40,740 nucleotides of DNA from Microcoleaceae cyanobacterium. GTDB lineage: Bacteria; Cyanobacteriota; Cyanobacteriia; Cyanobacteriales; Microcoleaceae. Positions 18,784 to 27,680 of this stretch are shown here, one piece after another. The stretch spans positions 1-40,740 of the forward strand of contig JBOFUV010000042.1 of NCBI GenBank assembly GCA_051652765.1. The letters run 5' to 3'. A program made the position numbers and the translations under genes. Below the pieces are notes generated by a model. That model was given only the letters and a program-made list of their open reading frames with translations. It did no database searches and was not told where the DNA came from. Position 1 is the stretch's first letter; each line of letters starts with the position of its first letter.

Positions 18784-19752
18784 ATGTCTCTGTTTGATTG
18801 GTTTGCAAATCGGCGAAAATCCATTGCCATGAGCCCAGAACGTCAGGAACGAGAAATTGCTGACGGCCTCTGGGTAAAGTGTGAACAGTGCAGCGCTCTA
18901 ACCTATGCAAAAGACCTCCGAACAAATTTAAATGTTTGTCTAGAGTGTGGTCATCATATGCGGGTGGATAGCCAAGAACGAATTCAACAACTGATCGACC
19001 CCAACTCGTGGGTACCGATCAATGCCCAACTTCAACCGGTTGATCCTCTCAAGTTTCGCGATCGCAAGTCCTACAGTGACCGGATTCGAGACTACCAGGA
19101 AAAAACAGGTCAACTGGATGCTGTACACACAGGGATTGCCTTACTGGAAGGAGAACCCATCGCCCTCGGCGTGATGGACTTTCAGTTTATGGGTGGCAGT
19201 ATGGGGTCTGTGGTTGGAGAAAAACTCACCCGTTTAATTGAACAGGCGACCCAAGACCGTTACCCCGTGGTGATTATTTGTGCTTCTGGGGGAGCCCGGA
19301 TGCAAGAAGGAATGTTAAGCCTGATGCAGATGGCCAAAATTTCGGGGGCCTTGGAACATCACCGCAATGCTTGCTTGCTCTATGTTCCTGTACTGACCCA
19401 TCCAACCACTGGCGGGGTGACGGCTAGTTTTGCTATGTTGGGCGACGTGATTCTGGCAGAACCGAAAGCAACCATCGGATTTGCCGGTCGAAGAGTCATA
19501 GAACAAACCCTGCGAGAGAAGCTCCCAGAGGATTTCCAAACCTCTGAATATTTATTGGGTCATGGGTTTATTGATGCAATTGTTCCCCGGACTCAACTAA
19601 AGAAAACCCTAGGACAATTAATTCGACTGCATGGGTCTCAAACCAAACATCTTCCGGTGTTAAATCAATCTGAGAACAGACAGCTGCATCTTGCCCATCG
19701 GGACTCCCATTTGACTCATCCCCTGGGCAAACGGGATGGGGATCAACTGTAG
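18784..19752 (+). CDS. accD: Acetyl-CoA carboxylase carboxyltransferase beta subunit
   Basis: GLWVKC..C..C..C zinc finger, [32 protein letters not shown]. Confidence 0.97.
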   Translation: MSLFDWFANRRKSIAMSPERQEREIADGLWVKCEQCSALTYAKDLRTNLNVCLECGHHMRVDSQERIQQLIDPNSWVPINAQLQPVDPLKFRDRKSYSDRIRDYQEKTGQLDAVHTGIALLEGEPIALGVMDFQFMGGSMGSVVGEKLTRLIEQATQDRYPVVIICASGGARMQEGMLSLMQMAKISGALEHHRNACLLYVPVLTHPTTGGVTASFAMLGDVILAEPKATIGFAGRRVIEQTLREKLPEDFQTSEYLLGHGFIDAIVPRTQLKKTLGQLIRLHGSQTKHLPVLNQSENRQLHLAHRDSHLTHPLGKRDGDQL

Positions 19753-19914
19753 AGCTAGAATCTGGTTGCCAATTATTCCGATCTACAATAATTCGTTTGG
19801 AAATATAGGTTCGGAAAATGGGCTCAGAAAAATTAGTCAAGTCCAACCCTTTGACTGATGAACAAATCATGAAAGATAATTGGGATTGACAAAAACCTGT
19901 AGGAACTAACTCAG

Positions 19915-20100
19915 ATGGGTTTTGCAGATATGTCCATTGCAGAAATTGCAGAGGATCACAAGGTATCAATTGAAACCGTGCTCAGTCTGTGTACCGAGTT
20001 GGGGATTGCCTACAAGCATCCTCAAACTCGTTTGGCCTTGGAAGATGCTAAAGCGATTATGTCGAGAATCATTGCTGATCAGCAGCTAGATTCACCCTAA
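19915..20100 (+). CDS. Small IF-2 N-terminal-like domain protein
   Basis: MGFADMSIAEIA...LGIAYK.PQTRLALEDAK, the gene typically found between accD and psbV. Confidence 0.75.
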   Translation: MGFADMSIAEIAEDHKVSIETVLSLCTELGIAYKHPQTRLALEDAKAIMSRIIADQQLDSP

Positions 20101-20313
20101 CTGGACTAAACCCAGTTAGAGCGAGTTCAGGCTCTGAAATTGGCAGTCGCAGTTATAAATCATAAATCTTTAGTGATGAATTTTTAGCGCTGTGACCGAT
20201 TCTTGCACAGGAGTAAAAGCAGATTTTTGACAAACAACAGATTCAGCACCATCAATTGAACCCTGATACTAACTCTAGTGTGATTAAATCCCGATGCTGT
20301 GGCATTCAGCTAA

Positions 20314-20358
20314 AACAGCACCATGAACAATAGCATCCTGAACAATGGCACCATAAAC
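20314..20358. repeat. Imperfect 15-bp tandem repeat x3 upstream of psbV
   Basis: AACAGCACCATGAAC / AATAGCATCCTGAAC / AATGGCACCATAAAC. Confidence 0.7.
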
Positions 20359-20412
20359 TGAGTGTACTTGTCCTGAATGTTTCGTCATTCACCTAAACCT
20401 TTAAGGAGAACC

Positions 20413-20904
20413 ATGCTAAAACGATGGATTGGGCTAGCAGTAGCTACTCTACTCTTCACTGTTCAACTGTTTGTTGGGGGAGCCTATGCTCTAGAACTGA
20501 CTGAAGAACTACGCACCTTGCCCCTCAATGAACAGGGAGAAACGACTCTGCTCAGTTTGAAAGAAGTCAAACAAGGGAAGAAACTGTTTAACTATGCCTG
20601 TGCCCAATGTCATGCTTTGGGAGTGACTAAAACTAACCCTGACGTGAATCTCAGCCCAGAGGCTCTTGCCAATGCGGTTCCAGCGCGAGACAATGTCGCG
20701 TCCATCATTGACTACATGAAAAATCCCACAACCTATGATGGCGTTGCTGAGATTTCAGAACTGCATCCCAGCACTAAAAGCTCTGATATTTTCCCCAAGA
20801 TGAGAAACTTGACGGAAGATGATCTCTATGCGATCGCAGGCTATGTTCTGCTGGAGCCAAAGATTCGGGGCGATCAGTGGGGCGGTGGTAAGTACCTCCG
20901 TTAA
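20413..20904 (+). CDS. psbV: Photosystem II cytochrome c550
   Basis: AAGGAG RBS before ATG 20413, signal peptide, CAQCH, KNPTTYDG..I.ELHPS, WGGGK. Confidence 0.96.
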   Translation: MLKRWIGLAVATLLFTVQLFVGGAYALELTEELRTLPLNEQGETTLLSLKEVKQGKKLFNYACAQCHALGVTKTNPDVNLSPEALANAVPARDNVASIIDYMKNPTTYDGVAEISELHPSTKSSDIFPKMRNLTEDDLYAIAGYVLLEPKIRGDQWGGGKYLR

Positions 20905-21088
20905 CCCTTGCTCAGCTAGTTTCAGCTAAGCAAATCTTAAATGTATGCAAAGGACTTTAGATTTTAAGGGTTCAGATCGGATGTGCGTGATTTGCCAGTC
21001 ATTCCTGAGGCAAAAAATGTTCCCCCGACTAAATTCAAGAATCTAAAGTCCAAATTTTTTACTTCATGCTCAAGACTGAGAACTCAAT

Positions 21089-21613
21089 ATGCTGCGTCAA
21101 AAATTACGTCAAAAATTACGTCAAAAATTTTGTTTGCTTCTATCCTTATTTCTATTCGGCAGTTTGATCTGGGTACTCCCTGCTCAAGCGGAGGGTGTGG
21201 ATATCTTTGTCCGTCGTTACTTAGCCATTGAACCTGTAGAAATCAAGGCAGATTCTCAGGGCAATACTAAAGTCTTTTCTCCAGAAGAATTAACCTCAGG
21301 AAAAGCCTTGTTTGATCAGAGTTGCCTGAACTGTCATGCCAGGGGTCGAACGATTCCCTATCCCCAGGTTCCCTTATCATTAACGGCCTTACAAGGGGCA
21401 ATGCCCCCACGGGATAATGTTGAAAATTTAGTGGCTTACTTTAGGCATCCCATGAGTTACGATGGCAGCGATACGAACTATTGGTGTCGCGAAATCCCTG
21501 AAGCTTGGATGATTCAAGAGCAGGCTGAACAGTTAGCTGCTTACTTGATTCGTGCGGCTGAAAAAGCTCCCAATTGGGGGAAAGATCTGGAGACAAATCC
21601 ATTTGCCATGTAA
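21089..21613 (+). CDS. psbV2: Cytochrome c550-like PsbV2
   Basis: Tandem with psbV. Signal peptide AQA|E, CLNCH, HPMSYDG, WCREIPEAW with Cys in place of the distal His. Confidence 0.88.
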   Translation: MLRQKLRQKLRQKFCLLLSLFLFGSLIWVLPAQAEGVDIFVRRYLAIEPVEIKADSQGNTKVFSPEELTSGKALFDQSCLNCHARGRTIPYPQVPLSLTALQGAMPPRDNVENLVAYFRHPMSYDGSDTNYWCREIPEAWMIQEQAEQLAAYLIRAAEKAPNWGKDLETNPFAM

Positions 21614-21656
21614 CAGTTCTCTTTGGGCTACCGACAGCTCAAACTTTTTTAGCGCG

Positions 21657-21690
21657 AGTTTTGAGGGCAAGTAATCTTGCCCTCAAAACT
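21657..21690. terminator. Bidirectional terminator between psbV2 and hemB
   Basis: Perfect 15-bp stem AGTTTTGAGGGCAAG-TAAT-CTTGCCCTCAAAACT between convergent genes. Confidence 0.8.
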
Positions 21691-21709
21691 TCACAGGATT
21701 CAAGTGGGT

Positions 21710-22705
<996 letters not shown>

Positions 22706-22964
22706 TCAGTAACGTTGGGGAAGCTGAAAGGAATAGATTTAAGGTAAACTCTGACGAACAAATCACAAACTCCAGCTAGTATCGCTACTGCAGGAGTGGT
22801 TAGGACAGAGACACCTCTATGGGCACACAGTGCGCCCACAAAAATATCCTAACCATAATGGCAACTGCTATACATTACAAGTTTGTTACAAACGTGAGAC
22901 ATAATTCAATACACCTTTGCCAAAAAATGTAAACGCTACACCAACTTAAGCAGCAATTCTCAGT

Positions 22965-22981
22965 ATGAGAATGATTCTCAT
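22965..22981. promoter_or_regulatory. Fur-family box upstream of hemB
   Basis: Perfect 8-1-8 palindrome ATGAGAAT-G-ATTCTCAT, with an extra ATTCTCA just upstream. Confidence 0.55.
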
Positions 22982-23104
22982 GGAAACCTGCTATTTTGCA
23001 AAATGTAGGTGTTTAAAACCCGCAACTTGCATCGTTCACTTGCACAAATGTGAGGCGATTCGATTGACTTTAAAGTATTGAAACTCCCCGACTTTGTATT
23101 TTGT

Positions 23105-23278
23105 CAAGTGCTCTACCTGGCATTGGATGAGATTTCACAGAAATGGACGATGCCAATTCGTGATTGGAAGGCTGCACTGTCACGATTTGCCTACGCCTTC
23201 GGCGGCGCGAAGCTCTATGAATTCCCAGACCGTTTTCCCGTTGACTAATTCGGCTTACACAAAGCATTTGACAATCTC
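23105..23278 (+). mobile_element. IS256-family relic: transposase C-terminus plus right terminal IR
   Basis: Translates QVLYLALDEISQKWTMPIRDWKAALSRFA...EFPDRF (IS256 C-terminal signature), stop at 23246-23248, then TTACACAAAGCATTTGACAATCTC IR-like end. Confidence 0.8.
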
Positions 23279-23473
23279 CTGCGTCTGGTTGTTATTCATC
23301 GTAAAGTGACTGGAGGAGCCAGAAGTCATTGGCGTGGGCAGATCGTTTCCCTCATGTTCAGTTTTCTGGAAACTGTTCGCTTACAAGACAAGAATGCTGT
23401 GGAAGAGTTATTCTCCTTGTTGGCAGATACCACTTCTCCTTCTCTGTTCCTTCAAACCTCTTCATCTGAGTAG
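23279..23473 (+). mobile_element. IS66-family transposase C-terminal relic
   Basis: Translates LRLVVIHRKVTGGARSHWRGQIVSLMFSFLETVRLQDKNAVEELFSLL...*, matching the IS66 TnpC C-terminus. No start codon. Confidence 0.75.
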
Positions 23474-23535
23474 GCTTGACAAAAACTTCATTCTCAATAA
23501 CCTCATCTCTTGTAGTGACCAAATACAATAAAAGT

Positions 23536-23889
23536 TTAGTCACCGTACAGTTGCCGATCAAATTCCCGCATAGCTTTATAATCGTAAACATTGGGTGCAG
23601 TTGGATAAGACACCCGATTGATTGGATCTTTATTGATATCACCTGTAATTGGCGGAAGTGTAAGCTGAGAACGAGGAACTACAGGTCGATTTTGAGCCGG
23701 GACTTTGGGCTGCACTTGCTGACATAGACCACTCAGATCCACCCTTCTGCCATCTTCAGTTTGCATGTAGCAAATTGAATCGGAATTTCTAGTCTGGGCG
23801 ATCGCTACTACCGGGACTAAGCTGAACCAAAATATTGCAATCAGGCAAGGAAATAGAATGACTCGAACTAAAGTTTTCATTGGATTCAC
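23536..23889 (-). CDS. Small secreted hypothetical protein
   Basis: Signal peptide AIA|Q and ICYMQTEDGRRVDLSGLC Cys-pair motif seen in cyanobacterial secreted proteins. Confidence 0.78.
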   Translation of the reverse strand: MNPMKTLVRVILFPCLIAIFWFSLVPVVAIAQTRNSDSICYMQTEDGRRVDLSGLCQQVQPKVPAQNRPVVPRSQLTLPPITGDINKDPINRVSYPTAPNVYDYKAMREFDRQLYGD

Positions 23890-23971
23890 CAGAATTAAGA
23901 CGATTATCTACAGGAGTTGCTGATCAAAACGTTGAGTTAGTTCATCTCTAACCGCGAGAATAGTTTCAGTG

Positions 23972-24775
23972 CTAATTAAAACTATCACTCAGTGCTTTAA
24001 CGTCTTGAACAACAGTTTGAAGCTGATTTTGAAGCTGCTGGTAAGTTTTCATATCGTTTTGCTCTAGCATCTGTTCCGATTGTTCGTGCAAGAGGGCAGC
24101 AGCTATCTTGTAATCTGCGATAGCGCCTTGAGCGCTATCTAGAGCTTTCCGAACTTTCCCCCGAATGATGTGAGCTTCAGCAGAGGTGCTGTCAATCCGA
24201 ATTGCATCCCACAGGTCATAAATTGCTTGGGGATAACGTTTCAAGTCATAGTAAGCATGACCTCGGTTATAGTAACCAATCGGATCTTCTGGATAGACTT
24301 CAATTGCTTTGGTAAAGTCAGCGATCGCTTGGTCGTAGTCCTGTGAAGCTAGGTAAACCTCTCCTCGACTGTTATATAGACGGGAAAAGAAGGGGTTATA
24401 TTCTAGAGCATGGGAATAAGCTGCGATCGCTGCATCCGAATCTCCAACCTGGCAATAAATATCTCCAAGATAACGATAAGCAGCCTCATAGGTTGGATCA
24501 ATCTCAGTTGCTCGAGTCAAGGAGGCGATCGCTCCTAAAAAATCCTGCTGATGCACCTTGCTCAATCCCTCATTCAAAAATTGCTCCGACTCAATCCGTT
24601 CCAGCGGAATCAGATAGGGATAATCAAACGCAGGTACTCGGTGATGATCATGGGTTAGGGTCTCTGCAATAGCACCTAGCTGCACACCAACAGTTAGCAT
24701 CAGAATCAGGAGCAAAGTTGTTGTAATCGACCGCATCCAATACAAATGAAAAATATGCATAATATAAAACCTCAA
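23972..24775 (-). CDS. Exported TPR protein
   Basis: N-terminal hydrophobic signal and 4-5 TPRs (YNSRGEVY, YYNRGHAY). Exact start uncertain. Confidence 0.85.
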   Translation of the reverse strand: MRFYIMHIFHLYWMRSITTTLLLILMLTVGVQLGAIAETLTHDHHRVPAFDYPYLIPLERIESEQFLNEGLSKVHQQDFLGAIASLTRATEIDPTYEAAYRYLGDIYCQVGDSDAAIAAYSHALEYNPFFSRLYNSRGEVYLASQDYDQAIADFTKAIEVYPEDPIGYYNRGHAYYDLKRYPQAIYDLWDAIRIDSTSAEAHIIRGKVRKALDSAQGAIADYKIAAALLHEQSEQMLEQNDMKTYQQLQNQLQTVVQDVKALSDSFN

Positions 24776-24777
24776 CT

Positions 24778-26328
24778 TTAGTAATAACGCTGGGGTGGTG
24801 CAGTGGTTACTGGATCTGGCCCGCCCTGTCCCACTTCAAAAGCCCGCATCATATCGTGATCCTCATGGACTAAGTTGTGGCAGTGAATCATATATTTGCC
24901 TTTATGGGGGCCAAACTTGGTAATTACATCAATCTCTTGACCCTCACCCAGATAGAACACATCTTTCCAGCCCTTTTCATAAGACTGAATGTTGCCTTTC
25001 AAACGACGAATCATCAAAAAATCCACCAAGTGAATATGAATCGGATGGTTCCATCCACCGCCGTTATTGACCAGTCGCCAGACTTCTACATCTCCCAAAC
25101 CTGGATTCGCCTCAACTCCACCATCACCCCAAAAGCGACCATTGATTGCCCACTGACCATTGTGGCGTTCAAATACAATCTCACGAGTTCGTGTAGCCTG
25201 AGATTTCAACTCAGCAACTTTGTCCGCGTACCTGAAGCCATCTGTCCGCAGGTTTTGGGGAAGTGGTGGATTTTCGGAGACTGCCCCACCTACAACATCA
25301 AACCGCATGATTTTCCTAGTGCTAGGAAATTGATCGTGATTTTTAAGTTCTCCACTGAGGAGTTCAATCTTAGTTCCGGCTGGATACTTAGCAAAGTCCA
25401 CCACAAACTCGTAGCGCTCGGCTACACCAACCACTAAAGTCTTGGTTTCAACTGGAGATTCCAGCAGACCAGCATCTGTACCAATCACGGTTAGAGAATC
25501 ACCGTTCTGCAGACTGAGTCTATAGGCTCGAGTAATCCCGGTATTACAGAGCCGAAAACGATATTTAGTTCTTTGGACTGCCATCCTAGGCCAGGGAACA
25601 CCATTCACCAAAATGACATCCCCAAACAGATTTTTTTGATCGTTATCGTCGTAAACCAGTTGACCATTACGGTCTAAGAGCTTATCACCCAGAGTTATGG
25701 CAATATCAAATTCTCCTTTAGGAATATCAGGATGCTCGTTAGGATCTTCGATAATGTACTGTCCTGCTAAACCCATATAAGCGTTAAGGGCAGTACGATG
25801 AACTCCATGGTCGTGATACCAGATAGAGGCCGCTCGGTTATTCGGATAGTTATAGTCCTTGTAATATCGGGGTCGAGTAATGTCATCGGCCCATCCATCA
25901 TACTGGGGTAGGGAAGCTGAACCATGCAGATGAACTGAAGTGTAAATCTCTGCGTTCTTGCTATCCGTACCCAGATCATTGATAAAGCGAATTACAGACT
26001 GACGATTCAGTCGTTGCCGGATCATTGGGCCAGGGGTAATGCCGTTATAGCCCCAAATTTCAGTCTGAATCCCAGGCAAGATCTCCACTGAGCCCTTTTT
26101 CATCGTGATTTCGTAATAGTCAGTGCCTCCATCAGACCGACCAATTATTGCTTGAGGGGCTTGACGGAAATCCTGAGCATAGAATTCCGGTTTACGAGGA
26201 GAAGTATAGCCACCCTCATCTTTAAAGACTTGAGCGTAACCAGTCTTCTGGAGAGCAGCAGGTAAAAGAGCTGATCCGCTAACCGCTAAACCTAACTGAA
26301 TTGCCTTGCGGCGACTAAATTTGAGCAT
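24778..26328 (-). CDS. Tat-exported three-domain multicopper oxidase (bilirubin oxidase/CotA-like)
   Basis: SRRKAIQLG Tat motif. All four Cu motifs present: HLHG, WYHDH, HPIHIH, HCHNLVHEDHDMM. Confidence 0.94.
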   Translation of the reverse strand: MLKFSRRKAIQLGLAVSGSALLPAALQKTGYAQVFKDEGGYTSPRKPEFYAQDFRQAPQAIIGRSDGGTDYYEITMKKGSVEILPGIQTEIWGYNGITPGPMIRQRLNRQSVIRFINDLGTDSKNAEIYTSVHLHGSASLPQYDGWADDITRPRYYKDYNYPNNRAASIWYHDHGVHRTALNAYMGLAGQYIIEDPNEHPDIPKGEFDIAITLGDKLLDRNGQLVYDDNDQKNLFGDVILVNGVPWPRMAVQRTKYRFRLCNTGITRAYRLSLQNGDSLTVIGTDAGLLESPVETKTLVVGVAERYEFVVDFAKYPAGTKIELLSGELKNHDQFPSTRKIMRFDVVGGAVSENPPLPQNLRTDGFRYADKVAELKSQATRTREIVFERHNGQWAINGRFWGDGGVEANPGLGDVEVWRLVNNGGGWNHPIHIHLVDFLMIRRLKGNIQSYEKGWKDVFYLGEGQEIDVITKFGPHKGKYMIHCHNLVHEDHDMMRAFEVGQGGPDPVTTAPPQRYY

Positions 26329-26742
26329 GATAGATCAACCTTTAAGTAAGCTAAAAGATGGACAGCAAAAACTGCGCGACCCTCAAAAAGGGGACAACCT
26401 AATCAGAGCTGAAAAACTACTCAAACAGACGCATGGGCACTTGACATGCCAACTATCTGAGAAAAATCACCCCCCAGAGCTGTAGAAACATAAGATTCCA
26501 CATCAGAATGCTGACGAATACCTGTCAGTAAAAACTCAGTTCTACAGTTTTAAAATGCAGTAGATAGGGGTATAGAGGCAATAAGTAATCCCCAAAATTA
26601 GCTGAACAAAACCATATAAAAATTATGATAAGTCAGCTCTAAGGGCATACTTATGACGTAGATGCACTTCAAAAGCCCTGCAAATGTGTTCGAGCTGAAA
26701 CTTTAACACGGGAAGAAAAACCTTCCCTTATTGGACTTGAGA

Positions 26743-26772
26743 TCTAAAACAATGACACTCTATTGTTTTAGA
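26743..26772. promoter_or_regulatory. 11-bp inverted repeat, candidate operator in the divergent MCO/di-heme region
   Basis: TCTAAAACAAT-N8-ATTGTTTTAGA. Confidence 0.45.
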
Positions 26773-26905
26773 AGTCATGTAAGTTAAGACTCATTGATTT
26801 CGATGTATAACCTAAGTGTAATGACTTTATTAATTTTTGTAAACCCTCACCTCTCATTTTAAACCCCTCTTATTGATTGAGGGCTCACAGGACGACAACA
26901 CCCTT

Positions 26906-27238
26906 CAATTGGCTGAGGTGAAATGCATTGTGGCGAGGGCAGAGTGAGCCTGTGCAAGATGCGTTTGTGGGTAGGAGAGAGCCCGAGTCGGGAACTTTTT
27001 GAGCTATCTATCCAAGCACGACCGGCGAATTGTGAAGTATTAAAGCTATCAGCGAGCAGGGATTTGTCGCGGTTCTGGGGCAGTCGAGTCAACTGTCAAG
27101 CGGATTGGACTACGCTTGCAGCGATCTGGAGCACAGTGGAAATAAGAGAATGTGGCTCAAGTTCTCAAGCAACGGTGCGCCTATCTCAACCTGGCAATTG
27201 CCTGAGCATTTATATTCATTGCTTTAATGAGATGCTCC
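26906..27238 (+). mobile_element. ISKra4-family transposase relic with right end
   Basis: Translates NFLSYLSKHDRRIVKY*SYQRAGICRGSGAVESTVKRIGLRLQRSGAQWK*ENVAQVLKQRCAYLN. In-frame stops at 27041 and 27143. End AATGAGATGCTCC. Confidence 0.8.
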
Positions 27239-27680
27239 TCATGCCCTCTAGAAGCTAATCCAGTCAAGCCACAAATCACAACAAAATATAGTGGTTGGAA
27301 CATAAAGATTTTGTAAAGTAAATATATTCAACTTTTCTTAAGTTAGAATAACGTTGTAGTTTTGTTAAGAACTTTAGTTAAGTGACAGGATAGGCTTAGC
27401 TCCTTTAGTTGATAGTCTTTTCCAAGGTATTCGATGTCTGATTTCTTCTGAGTGAACTCTAGTCAGCTAACTACAGGAAGACCTGTTGAACACTCAGTTA
27501 ATAAAAAAATTGCATCAGGGCATTTGCATTAGTTTTTGCGCTTTACCAGTCAGCTTTTAATAGATTGCTGGCTCTACTTTTGGCAGATTGTTTTGACTCC
27601 TTGCGAAAAAATTCATGAGTTACCTGAAGTAATTTGCTGCTTGCCTGTTCAACGTTAACGTTAGTCAGTTTCACGTAGCT

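Noticed and set aside
22874..22940. NtcA or RpaB (HLR1) sites upstream of hemB
   Set aside because: Wrong spacing: GTA-N5-TAC instead of N8, and TTACA repeats 11 bp apart instead of 10.
23070..23727. Short ORFs 23070-23267, 23094-23309, 23334-23531, 23358-23642 and 23476-23727
   Set aside because: They are alternative frames over IS256/IS66 relics or antisense to the 117-aa gene.
26859..27258. ORFs 26859-27092 (-) and 26923-27258 (+) as a small partner or RiPP precursor
   Set aside because: The meaningful frame is a stop-interrupted ISKra4 transposase, so these ORFs are shadows.
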